DNA of 53,745 bases, counting the filler, from Diploschistes diacapsis (Eukaryota): NCBI GenBank assembly GCA_023645945.1. It is 4 parts of 4 records of this genome, joined end to end, with 100 filler letters (N's around TTAATTAATTAA, not from the genome) between each part and the next. Parts side by side here need not be neighbours in the genome. Positions count along the whole stretch, not along the records: positions 40,398 to 53,745 come from JALAIB010000668.1; 3 more parts are not named here. One strand, written 5' to 3'. The position numbers and the translations under genes were made by a program. Positions 40,731 through 52,384 of this stretch are shown here, piece by piece. The first letter of the stretch is position 1. Each line of letters opens with the position of its first letter. Under the pieces are notes generated by a model, which searched no databases, was not told the origin of the DNA, and worked only from the letters and a program-made list of their open reading frames with translations.

Positions 40731-41148
40731 TTGATGAGTTGGGAGCTTCCTGAAATGCGAAAATTTTGGTGTGTTTTGGTGGAGGGACCATTACTTTTGG
40801 GACGTGACTGTATGTATCTAATCGAATCATATACCCGTCCCGTCCTGTCACGTGTTTTATTTAATGTCTTTACCGTTGTTGTCGCTGCTCAACCATCTTC
40901 GCCCCATCTCTTGATTCATTGCAGTTGCAGAAGCCACGCAGTGTCTTCGCCTGGACCTGAAGACACCCAAGTGGACGCCCACGCCCTTGTGACACTACCA
41001 AGGGTCTACTCGGAAAATCTCGAGCAATTACGAGCATGCAGGTCTAACGACTTTTCGAGGAATCTATTCGAACTTATACGTGCGTCTCCTACAGCATTTC
41101 GTCTTGATACTGTGCCTACTCTAGTCTACGATGCGAGGTGGATACCGT

Positions 41149-42543
41149 TTACCGCTTTTTAGCCTCTATCACCGACTCGGATGCGCTACTTGCTCGCCAA
41201 ATTTTTTGATCTCCAGCCCAGCCGAATCGAGAAGAGCTGTCCATTGGCTCTCACTTCTTTCCATACCGGATAGGAATGACAACATCAGCATGTCTTCTGA
41301 AGCTTCATCCAAGGAGGCATCCATCTCCGGGAGAACCCAGTCGTCGATTAAGAGGGAGGATTCGGGACCCATGGCTTCAACTGTGTTACCCAGGAAGCGC
41401 CGACAGTCCGCATCATCGAAATCATGGCAGACAGATCTGAGGAAGTATGCTCGAGCGCCTAAGATGGGCATATGAGTTGTCGTTGACCATCCGATCGCAG
41501 GGTTTCCAACTCACCTTTGACTGGTTGCGGAGTAAAGAAGTCATACCCGATCCTCTCTATCTATGCCCGCTGGAGCAACTGAAGCAGCCAGTGTCTCTGG
41601 TAAATCTTCAACGACGCAGCGACCCTTGATATGTGGATTCTTGGCTTTGAAATCTGCAGCATCGTACCCTGTGTTGCCACCAACATCAACCAATACGGGT
41701 GGCTCATGCGGTTCTTGATAACCTTTGACATCAAGCTCGCTCGCTGCTGGATAAATCTCATGCCAAGGAAGTCGCAGCTGGTCCCGGCGCCCATCCATGT
41801 GAGCATCGGACCACTTCTTCACCTCCGGATCCCCACGCATCATGCCCCATTGGTTCATTGCGTGCGTCCATATCATAGGACTCTTCTCGCCCTCCTTGTA
41901 ATCCGGAAACTGAGTGAATCGATTCTCTTTCCATAGGGCAGAGATGTTGCCAGCTATCGGCTGCAGCAGTTTTCCACTGGTCGATCAATCAGATTACTGG
42001 TTCCTGGAAGCACAAATTCCATCTCATACATGATTTGAAATCCATCGGGTTGTCCAGGTCTGGCCAGCCACTCTGATACCGCGTTGCTCTGATACTGACC
42101 TCGACCAACCTCATCGGACATGTGAATGCAGTCAGAACCCTCATGAAACGTGCTTTGCTCGTTAGAATCACTTCATTACTGCAGCTGAAGGCGACTTACT
42201 GATCAGGAGCTGGTCTGCCTTTGTCCTTTCCGCAAGCTCGTATGCTGAAAGCGGCTTGTCGCTATTCTCTACGAGAACGTGCAGCACTCCTGATTCGATA
42301 GCGAGAAGGATAGCAACGTATTCTACTGGCTAATGCCTGCTCATTGGTAGATGGTACACGATCTCATACTCGATGTCTCAGTCTCCATACGTAGTGGGGC
42401 GGACCTTCCACTGTGATCTGAAGGCGCTGGATTTCTCGAACTAGTTCATCTTTAGATACCGAGCCATCTTTACAGTGAAGCTCAGCCAGTTCAGACACTC
42501 TTTTAGCCAAGCTCTGAATGGAAGGTTGTGCACTTTGCCCCAT
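41149..42543 (-). pseudogene. SAM-dependent O-methyltransferase (Methyltransf_2) pseudogene
   Basis: LVDVGGNTGYD, VEDLPETL, YDFFTPQPVKG|ARAYFLRSVCHDFDD and GMERSESQW motifs. Three frameshifts: 1-nt loss ~42123, 4-nt CTAT duplication 41557-41564, 1-nt loss in homopolymer ~41202. Confidence 0.85.
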
Positions 42544-43224
42544 GTCTGCAACGAGAGTAAATTTCTGGCTCAGTCGATACGTTGTGTCGCGTCAAGAGCC
42601 ACCCGTTAGACAGCCTCATCTCACCGAGTAAGGGGTAGCTCAGCGATGGGTAATTTGTAATCAGTCGCAGCTGGTCGAGTACAACAGCGGCTTGATTCTT
42701 TGCGTCTCGGATAACCGGTTGTAAAGCTTCATGGCAGTTCACAGCAGTCCGCTGCGGCCGATTGGATCAATTGCCGGGCATTAGAGCTCGGGCTGGACTT
42801 CATTGCCGAGCATCTCCGATTTCAAACTGACTGTGGCGGTACGAAGATGGAGCATTGGATGCGCTCGCACCCTGACTACCCAGGGGTTGCCGGCGATGTT
42901 AAACTTCGTGTCCAGAGCTGAGTAATTACATGACATATCAACTGGCATGATACGGCTCCAAGCTGTTCATGCTTGAAGATGCCCAACAAGCTGATGGAAC
43001 ACAGCTTGTAACCTACTGTAAGTACGATACAACCTTCCTCTAAAGTACGACCTTTTTTCTGTTGATCTTAGTTTCAATAATAGTGTTTGCGTTTGCGCGA
43101 CGAATTCTCATAATTTAATTTCGTAAAGTGCATAGATCGTGATCTGTGCTGTTGTCAAAGATGAACTCAATAAATGCGAAGCCCTTCTCGTTCTGCTATG
43201 CATTTACTCTGTTTTGTGTTCCTT

Positions 43225-44275
43225 CTACTCGTCCTTATTGCCGATGAATAGACTCTCGTGCACATGACTCTGGAAGTACGACTGCACAGGGGCAGCCTTT
43301 CTCGCAATATTGATACTTCTCCGGCGAGTGTACCGTGTGGCCCAAGTCATCGACCATGCGGAAACCGGCATTCCTATCACCCTCCGCGCCTCAGTCTCGG
43401 AGTTTGTCCACACAGCGACACTGTAGCATCTGGCCACCGCCGACTGAGTTGTCCTCATAACGCCCGGCCATGGGTGTGTCATCCCATGGCAAAGGGTATA
43501 TTGCCGGTAGATGTCCAGCCAATGGAAGGTGTGGTGCTCACTCGAGGTGGCTGCGTTTTAACGCCGATGGTCTGTGATAATGCGACGGAGGTGTTTCTGA
43601 GACGGCAAAATCGGTACTGTACGGTCAACCGTTTGCATATACAAGGAGCAGCTTAAAAGAGCAGCGCAGGAGATGGTAGCTTTTGAGGTAGCAAAGGCCC
43701 TTGGAAGAACCCCAGGGAATGGGGTCGATGGTAAGAGGTTGTGATGTGCCTGCAACTCGGGCGGCAGCGCGACCACGAGGCCGTCCGTATTCATGCCGTC
43801 CTAAAGCTGATCTGAGAGCGTCTGGTTCTCGTTCCACTAGTCCTTGAAAAATTCGAACTGATAAAGGCATATCACAAGCTGACCCAGCTAGGACTGCGTA
43901 GGCTTTAGGCTGATATGTTAGAAGACCTACTTACTATAATAGGAAATTCCCGTGGTGGCTGCGGGCCCTTAGTTAAGCATAGGCTGCACAGCCAGCATGG
44001 ACGCCGGTTAGAAAAGTCGAAGTTGCAAACAGATACCAAGAGTATCATGATGGGAATCATGCGTACTTCCTTAGATAAGAGCTTTAATGTCTATCATTAG
44101 TTTCATTGGGTTCAATAAAGAGGATTCTGTTCTTCGCTTAATAATTGCTCGTCCAACAGGAGGAATAGTGGTGGCTCTTTCCTTTTTCCACGATGAATTC
44201 GCAGCTCGGAAGGGCAACGTGTTGAAAGTCAAATTCACGTGAAGAAATTCGGGGCAATGATGAAAACCGAGTCAT
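43225..44275 (-). pseudogene. UstYa-like / DUF3328 oxidase pseudogene
   Basis: Multi-frame reconstruction: ENQTLSDQL*DGMNTDGLVVALPPE...STPFP/WGSSKGLCYLKSYHLLRC|KHLRRII...HHTFHWLDIYRQYTLCH/DDTPMAG...VGGGQMLQCRCVDKLRD*...FRMVDD...EKYQYC. Two degraded HxxHC motifs plus the DDTP and GQxxxCR pattern. The 5' end is uncertain. Confidence 0.75.
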
Positions 44276-45517
44276 GTCTTGGTGACTTGGTTTCCCTTCG
44301 ATGAGGCTAAAGGGCAGCTGACTTCTTTACTAGCATACAAAGATAAGACGCGCCGGTGTTGTTGCATTATCAGCATGCAGGACCCTTAATCCTAGCATAT
44401 CGGCAGTTCTCATCCTTTTCGTAAAGGGTGCATACGCTTTTATTCTATCGTCTACTTTGCACTGCAGCTAACAAAGACTTAGCCAGACCCTCGACCAGCA
44501 AGTCCATCTAATGCAATCCAGGATATCGGGGCCCTTTTCCTGGGTCAGGGTCGATGGGTCTTCTTTCACGTCCGCTGAGATGGAAGCAAAGATATCTTGA
44601 AACATGGCCGTGAGAAAAGAAATAGAAGCGCCGTGCAAGCATAAGAAGGACCTGAAGACAGCCGGATATGTCAATTGATGTCCTACCTTTCCGCAGGGTC
44701 TGATGCAGCTGCATGCTGTGGAACGAGGACCATATGACAGCTTATTCTGGGAGGTCCCCAGCGGGCAAGAAACTTCAGTAATGAGAGGCCGATCAACGCC
44801 GAAGACTCGGCTGCAGGAACCGGCTGGGCATCACAGCTTCAGTTGAAGAGCTGTCAGCCATGCATGTGGAACGTTGGAAAGACTAGAAGCATATCTAGTC
44901 CGAAAGGGGGTGAAAGGGCTTCTGGAAAGCCGTGCGTTGCTCTTTGACAACGCAGCGAATGCGATCAAAAACGTTGATACCTAGATATAGCACTGCTGTG
45001 TTGTATAGAAGTACTGAACTACTCTCCATCTACCGAAAATGTTTTCTCCAAGGTGTTTTAACCTTTGCAGGCAATATGCTACAAGTTGCTATCTCAGGGT
45101 ATTGAACCTACTATACTGAGGCTACAGCCTTCAGTTTCCCTTTGTGAGGTAAACAAGCTTACAGCGCAGCAGCGTTGTTACATACTTTTCCCGAGCAGTA
45201 CGTAGAGTAGTCTTTCAACGATGTTGTAAAGTTTGAACATCAAATCTGAGAAGCAACCAACGCATCGTGTCGGATGCCCATGGTGGGCCCCCGCAGCATG
45301 TCACGACACTGCGTATTAGGGGGATCAGCATATATTCTATGCTTCTGCTGAAGAAAACAAGCAGTGAGCTCGAGAGTTGCTTAAGAAGCGGTCGCTGGCA
45401 ATAGTTTTGGGAGGATAGAACACTCAAAACTATAGGATTCGCCAATCCATAGGCGTTGTGGGGATCGGACAGATCTTTGATCACTAAACAAGTGGACGAT
45501 AATCTTAGGTGAAAAGA

Positions 45518-47566
45518 ATGGCCGGTCGAGAGACAATGTTTGTCCTGAATCCGCTCTGACCCCTTGTTTGCTGGCTAATCCAGAGGAAGGACACAACGTT
45601 ATACAACCACGTCGGCGCTATTCGAAGCCTTATGGGATGTATGCAAAGACCCAAGACTCACTGCTTACTCCGTCCTCTTAGCGTTTACCAGACTGGCGTC
45701 CGCTACTGCTTCGTCAACTTAGGCTCCGACCATTCAGCGATCCTTGATGCAATCTACTATGGCGAGCGAAATCTCAAGGGCCGCTTCCCGCGCATCATCA
45801 CATGTCTACACGAGGTACGGGCCGCAGCCTCCTTCTTTGCGTGGGCTCACGCTGAGCAACGCATATAGATGGTTGCCATGTCCATGGCAGACGGGTATGC
45901 CCGCCTCACCGGCCGTCCGCAAGCTGTTATTGTACATGTCGACGTTGGGACTCAGGTTCTTGGCCAAGCTTTTCACAATGCCTCGTCGGGCCATACCCCT
46001 ATCTTTGCCTTTGCCGGCATGACCCCCTTTACTTAGGACGGTGAAATGAAGGGCTCCCGCAACGAGTTTATCAACTGGTATCAAGACATCCCGGATCAGG
46101 AAGCCATCTGTGCGCAGTATTGCCGCTACGCAGCGGAAGTTCATACGGGGCCGCAACATCAAGCAGATGGTGGCTCGCGCCATGCAATTCGCCATCTCGA
46201 AGTCTCAAGGTCCTGTCTATCTATGCGCCCCTCGTGAGGTGTTGGAGGAGGAGCTAACCCCCTACACCACTGATCAGGCACATTGGGCGCCGGTAGTGTT
46301 GGGGGCTTTACCAGCTACCGCGGTCAAGGAAATGTCAACGGCTCTAGTGCACGCCAACAATCCCCTTGTCATCACAGGGTGGTAGAGACCACGCTACGCC
46401 TGCACTTCTAGTAGCTCTAGCAGACGCTATCCCAAGCCTGAGAGTTTTCGATGCTGGCATGACAGATATGTCCTTCCCACACTCTCACCCGGCCTGCCTC
46501 TCACCTCTTCCCGGCGCCCGCACCGCTATCGCCACCGCAGATGCAATTCTCATCCTAGATTCAGACGTTCCGTGGGTACCAGCCGCGATTCAACCACGGA
46601 CGGACGCTCTTATATTCCATGTTGACCCAGATCCTATAAAGAGCGACATGTTGCTGTTCTATATCCCAGCCACAGCACGCTACAAAGCATCTTCCCAAGA
46701 GGCCATTGTGCAGCTCACAGGTTACATCTCTTCATCTCCGGAGCTGCAGCACGAGCTCCTGGGCGCAGGGCTTACATTCGCGGCCAAAGCCCGGCAAGAG
46801 GCGCACCAAAAGCACCTCGAGGCCGTTGCGCTACGTGGTCAGCCACCAAGGTCTGTGGGAATGCCGGCCTCCGTTGGGTATCTCTGCGCACAGCTGCGAG
46901 ACGCCTGTCCAGCACACACACAATCTGGGTCTCGGAAGCAGTGACCAACCACGTAGCCATGCAGGGCCAGCTTCAGGCATCTCTCCCAGGCTGCTTCATC
47001 ACAAAGGGCGGCGCCGGGCCGGGCTGGAACGGCGGGGCCAGCCTAGGCATCAAGCTAGCAGCAGAAGACGTCTGGAGAGCACAGAACAGACAAGCAGAAC
47101 GAAGATGCCGCCACTGACGGCGCACCGGCCTATGCGGCTTCAAAGCCCTTTCGTCGTCAACATAACGGGCGACGGCTCCTACCTTTTTTCCATCCCAAGC
47201 ACTACTTATTGGCTGGCGCGGAACCTGCGCCTGCCCGTCCTGACCATCGTACTCAACAACGGCGGCTGGAAGGCGCCGAAGAACAGCGCGAAGAGCGTCA
47301 ATCCGGACAGTGCCATCCAATCCGTGCAGGACCGGAACCAGCTGCGACTTGGCTTCGGCGCCAGAGAGGCTCAGCCACCACGATATGCCGGTATCGCGAG
47401 GGAGGCGAGTGCAGGGTGGTGCGGGGCGGACCAGGTGAGGCGGTGGGAGGATGTGAGAGGCGCGGTGGAGAGAGGAAGAAGGTGGGTGGAGGGTTCAGAA
47501 GGGGATGAGGGTGACTGGAGCAAGGGAGAGGGGAGGGGATACGTGATTGATTGTTGGGTTGAGTAA
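45518..47566 (+). pseudogene. Thiamine-pyrophosphate-dependent enzyme (acetolactate synthase-like) pseudogene
   Basis: FVNLGSDH, HE|MVAMSMADGYARLTGRPQAVIVHVDVGT, GSRNEFINWYQD and TPP motif GDGSYLF...VLNNGGW. In-frame TAG at 46034-46036 and frameshifts near 46148, 46378, 46918 and 47050-47130. Confidence 0.85.
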
Positions 47567-48372
47567 AGAAAGTAACTTGGATGTCCGTGTGGAAGCACAC
47601 AGCATGGAGGAGCACGCATCTACCAAAAACTCTTGTACAAAGAGAAACATTCAAGCTAGCTACAGCGCTATTGTTCGGAGCACCTGGACCTGGAGGCATG
47701 GCGGTCGTTGCTCGATACAAGCAAAACACCAAGTCTGGGTCAACATCGTCGCAACACAGTCCAACTCGACACGCCAGGTCTTCTAAAACTGTTCAAGAAC
47801 AATCCGAGTCAAGGTTTGTTGCAACCCAAGGTTTCGTGATATGCTGCAAAGCTATGCTTTAAGTACATGTACTTGAAGTCAGCTTGGACTCAGCGCAGCG
47901 CTGAAGATCGTTCGTAAGCCTGTTTATCTGTGCTAGTAGTGGGCTGTCAGAACTGGGGTAACTGGGGGGAGACGCCTTTCATACCTTGTCTTGAATGCTT
48001 GTATTCCACTGTCTCGAGTCTCGACCAGGTGTAATATGAGATCTGATATACGAACAACGACATTAGGAATGTTTTAGCAACAGGCCGGCCGAAAGTGCGG
48101 TAGAAACTGCTCTGTGTCGCCATCAGGTTGTGTTTTTATAATTAAACTTGATGGCCAGATTTCGTGCTATCTAACGAGATTCTCATAAAGTATTATCGCG
48201 CATGCTGTCACAAAGAAGAAGTGTGTTGGACTGTTTCGTTTCTTGGCAGCGCCCATTTTACTTCCAACTTGTCGCAGCTCAGGAAACTTTTTTTAGCCGT
48301 TGGAAATACTTTAACGCAAACCAAAGTGAAAATGTGATGAAGTATACGATTGGAGCAACTGGATTGAAAGCA

Positions 48373-49437
48373 ATGCGCTGCACCCAATGCGGATGGTCGG
48401 TTACGAATGCTCTCCAACGCCTCTTTCGCCTACGGGCTCAGTCGCCCAGAAGCTTTCTGTCGAAGCCCACGGGCCAGCGCAACGTCGCGCAAATAGCTTT
48501 CCAAACTCGAAACTGGTCGTCAGCAAGCCAATCTGCGGATCGGCCTGCAGCTACGACTTCTATTCCGCCTCGGCGATTCGGTCCTGCCATCCTCGGCCGA
48601 AATCTTCGAGATGAGGAAATACAGTCAAGACAAATACGGATTGTGCAGGAAGGCGGGGGTATTTCGGAACCTCAGGATACAAGGCGGGTTTTGAGAAGCA
48701 TAGACAGAAAGGAGCATTTCTTGGTGCAGGTCGCACCGTCAGAAAAAGACGAAATTCCGGTTTGCAAGATCATGGACAAGAAGTCGGTATTTGAGCGAGA
48801 GCGTGAGAAGCACAGGGTCAACAAAAGCGCAGAACATGGATCGAAAACGATCGAGCTGAGTTGGAGGATGGCAGAGGGCGATTTCAACCATCGAATGAAG
48901 GCGCTGGAGCAGTTTTTGGCGCAAGGGAGAAAAGTCGAAATTCTGATAGCGCCCAAGAGGAAGAAGCACATTATCCCGGAGCCCGAGGCAGCACTTTTCT
49001 TGAGTAAACTACGGGCCCGATTTGAAGAAATACCTGGCTTGAAAGAGACGCAGCCTCTTTCGGGAGATGTTGGGAAATTGGTAACTCTGCACGTGGAAAG
49101 CCCCGAGAACGTGGAAACGCGGATCAAGGCAAAACCAGAGAAGCCGAGAAAGCGAAAGACAGGCACAGCAGACATTCCGTGGAAGTATAATTCTGAAGAT
49201 ATGGAGACTGCAGAAAGGAGAATACGAACTCTTCTAGACGAAGGGAAGGACGTGGACTTGGTCATCAGGTTTAAAGGGATGTTGCATCCGATAACAGAAG
49301 AGAAAGCGCAGGAAGCTCTAGATGCTATTGTCAAACGAATGAAGATGATTCCAAGCTTGAAAGAGACGGATGAACGGAAAGGCAAGTTGGGTGAGACGAT
49401 GATACTGCATTATGCCAACGGGAAGTTTTCTATATAG
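48373..49437 (+). CDS. Mitochondrial translation initiation factor IF-3 (with a second IF3-C-like domain)
   Basis: Presequence-like start; IF3-N (RDEEIQSRQIRIV...FLVQV...PVCKIMDKK); IF3-C (KTIELSW.MAEGDFNHRMK.LEQFL.QGRKVEILI); then a second similar domain. Intronless ORF. Confidence 0.85.
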   Translation: MRCTQCGWSVTNALQRLFRLRAQSPRSFLSKPTGQRNVAQIAFQTRNWSSASQSADRPAATTSIPPRRFGPAILGRNLRDEEIQSRQIRIVQEGGGISEPQDTRRVLRSIDRKEHFLVQVAPSEKDEIPVCKIMDKKSVFEREREKHRVNKSAEHGSKTIELSWRMAEGDFNHRMKALEQFLAQGRKVEILIAPKRKKHIIPEPEAALFLSKLRARFEEIPGLKETQPLSGDVGKLVTLHVESPENVETRIKAKPEKPRKRKTGTADIPWKYNSEDMETAERRIRTLLDEGKDVDLVIRFKGMLHPITEEKAQEALDAIVKRMKMIPSLKETDERKGKLGETMILHYANGKFSI

Positions 49438-49957
49438 TCCTGGCCGCTCTGCAATCTTAGCTGCTGCCTTCGCAGTACTCGAAAGCTAGGTCCTCTCAAG
49501 AGGCAAGTACCGCTTCACAGATGCTCCCGTAACTGCACAAGTTCAGGCTTTGAGGAATACAGCGTTCAGCCGTGTTCGAAAAGTTAGCCATTTCCGTTTT
49601 GGTGAAGATGACGGCAAAAAGCAGAGAATGATGAACTAGGTGAGGTAACAGTTCAGTATAAAGTGAACGCTATAGTAGAAGTCAGAGGCGGATAGCCGGA
49701 TGAACATATATCCGCAGGTACACTGTAGCTTCTAAGAAAATTAATTACCTTCAACCAGGCAGATGTTGTCCGACAGAAGAAGAAAACAACAACAAGACAG
49801 GAGTCGAAGTTTCTTCAGGCGGTGCGTGCCGCATCTTGAGGCCCAAAGGATATTTCCTCATTCATTTCCATCCCCTCCCCCCCTCCCCCCCAACTCGCTG
49901 ACTTTCCCTTCACAATCTTTCCACAAGGACTTCCTATCCATACTTGGAGCGCAGGCA

Positions 49958-51078
49958 ATGCAACGACAGCCATTCGGCACCGCCCAAGCCAATCCCCCTC
50001 CACTCCACCACCCTGTGCCGCAGCATGTCAGTACAGTCCCGATGATGCGATCACCTCCGCCTGCCCAGTCCGGCCCTGGGTCGGGTTACACCTCACCGTA
50101 CGGTGGAAACATGAACCAGCAAGGCCAGGGCGGGCCCTTTGCGCCGGCGTTCGGGGGCTTCATGAATGATCCAACTACGGCAATGGGAATCCAGGTTGGC
50201 AAGACGGCTATGGCAGCGGGCCAGGAATACATGGACTCACACGTGAGAAGTCTCTCCGAAGGAGCGTTGGGGAAGCTCGTTTGACATGTAGATACAGTTC
50301 AGGAGCTATATATCCGTATCTGCGCTCAAGCGCTATTTCAACGTCACCACCATCTACGTCGCTCGGAAACTCTTGCTTGTTCTTTTCCCATGGCGCCATA
50401 AGCCGTGGTCACGACAGCAGAGGCCGTCCGGCGTGAGCGGACAAGACCAGGGTTACCACTTCCTTCCACCCCGAGAAGACGTCAATTCGCCGGATATGTA
50501 CATACCTGTCATGGCTTTCGTCACCTACATCCTCATCTCAACGCTTCTGGCTGGGTTGCGTGGCCAGTTCCATCCCGAGGTAATGGGCTCGACGTTCGGT
50601 TACGCCCTGGCGGTGGTGCTTGTGGAAATAGCCATATTGAAGCTGGGCACCTACATCCTTTCGATAACGAGCGAGTCTCAGCTTCTAGATCTTGTGGCGT
50701 ACTCTGGCTACAAGTTCGTTGGGGTCATAGTGACTCTTGCCGTTGCGGAGATCGTTAATCTAGGGCAAGGCACTGGTGGATGGGCTGGCTGGACGGTATT
50801 TACATACACGTTCCTGGCGAACGCCTTCTTCCTTGTAAGTGATGCTACCAACACTGATTACGGCGGCGCTAACACTTCCACAGCTGCGCTCGTTGAAATA
50901 CGTTCTGCTACCGGACTCTTCGGGACCCAGTGGTGGCGGAATGACGCATACAGTTGCTCGGTCGCAGCGCAATCGAAGGACCCAGTTCCTTTTCGTATAT
51001 TCCTACATGGTGCAATTTTTCTTCATGTGGATTTTGACGCGACAGGATAGCTCAACAGGCAGGGCAGGAAAGATTTAG
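49958..51078 (+). CDS. YIF1: ER-Golgi transport membrane protein Yif1
   Basis: PPPLHHPVPQH, FMNDPTTAMG.QVG, LKRYFNVTT.YV..KL.LVLFPWRHKPW, PPREDVNSPDMYIP and LLDLVAYSGYKFVG; introns ~50243-50297 and 50835-50883. Confidence 0.94.
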
Positions 51079-51423
51079 GTGTAAGAGTATAGAATAGAAG
51101 GAATGCAAATTACGAGACGAATATGATGTACCAGAGATCAGTACTCTATACCTAGTAGATGCGTAGCAAGGATTGAGCCTACTTATGTAGATTACATTGC
51201 TAGCACAGGCCAGCGGGTCTTGAGCTGTCATCGAGTGGTGTAAATGAGCGCAGCCAGGGAAACAAGAATAACGACGGCAACTTGTGGGTTCGAATGTTGA
51301 TAGCACATGGTATGGGATCATCTGCATGGGTTGGTTTCGTATATGATGATTCACACGCTCAATTCTAATCAATAGCTCGGTCCAGTGTACAAAGTAGGTA
51401 TGACATGCTGCAGGGTGTTTCGA

Positions 51424-52205
51424 TCACAACAAAGAAAGGTCTCCGAATTTCTCCTGCTCGGACGTCAGTAACGCACATCGTAACGGGACATGGGGGGGAC
51501 AAGCACGTACCTTGTAGCCGGGTACCTGCCAGCGGCCGTTCGACACGAGCGCCTCGGTACGCCTATCGATCTCCGGCGACGCAGCAGCGACCTCATCCTA
51601 CAGCGCCCCCCCCCCAAAAATCAGCATCATCGCCATCAGCATCATCGATCAAACCCCCAAAAAAGCACGCCAGCCCGAGACCGGGGAAGTGTACATACCA
51701 CAGTCAAGTCCTCAAACGGCCTGGCCTCCTCGATATTCCTCAGCGTCTTGTCCAGATCCTGCAGCTCCTTGTCCACGACGGCCTTGGTGTCCTGGGCGTT
51801 CCTGAGCGCCTGCTGCTCGAAGGCCTCGATGGCCTTGAGCTGGCGGCCGACGTCGTACGTCCTGGGCTTGAAGTGCGCGAACGCCCTCTCGATCTCGTCC
51901 ACGACGGCCCCGTTCCGCAGCTGCGAGCGGTAGGCGCCGAAGTCGACCGTCTGCGGCTGCTCCGACAGCAGCTGCACCCGGCGCCGCGCGTCGTCGTTGC
52001 GCTTCTTGAACTGCGACAGCGCTTGCGCCGTCGAACCCTTGAGGCCCAGCGAGCTGCCGATCTTGCTCCAGTCGAGTTTGAGGGCGGTGTTGCGCTGGAG
52101 AACGAGGAAGGGGGGAGGGGGTTCCGGTGGTTAGCCTTGGCTCGGTATTTGGGTGCTATGCTCGATGGACAATATGGGTATTGAAGTACTTACTCCGACA
52201 GCCAT
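51424..52205 (-). CDS. ATP7: Mitochondrial ATP synthase subunit d
   Basis: [43 protein letters not shown]...QLKAIEAFE...[13 protein letters not shown]|...[18 protein letters not shown]. Confidence 0.95.
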
Positions 52206-52384
52206 TGTGATGGTTTGGGGTTTTTTTAGGAGAGTGGGGAATTGCGGTCTTGGATTGCGGTGATCTATGCAAGTTTGGATGGAAGGTTGACCTTGAGGTT
52301 GACGACCCGGAATAAGCGTAGGGCTGACCGACACGACATGGTTAAGAGAAGCCGAGCTTTTTCTTTTTGGAGCTTAAATCTTGT

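Noticed and set aside
45215..45484. 89-aa minus-strand ORF upstream of the TPP pseudogene
   Set aside because: Non-ATG start and no recognisable motif.
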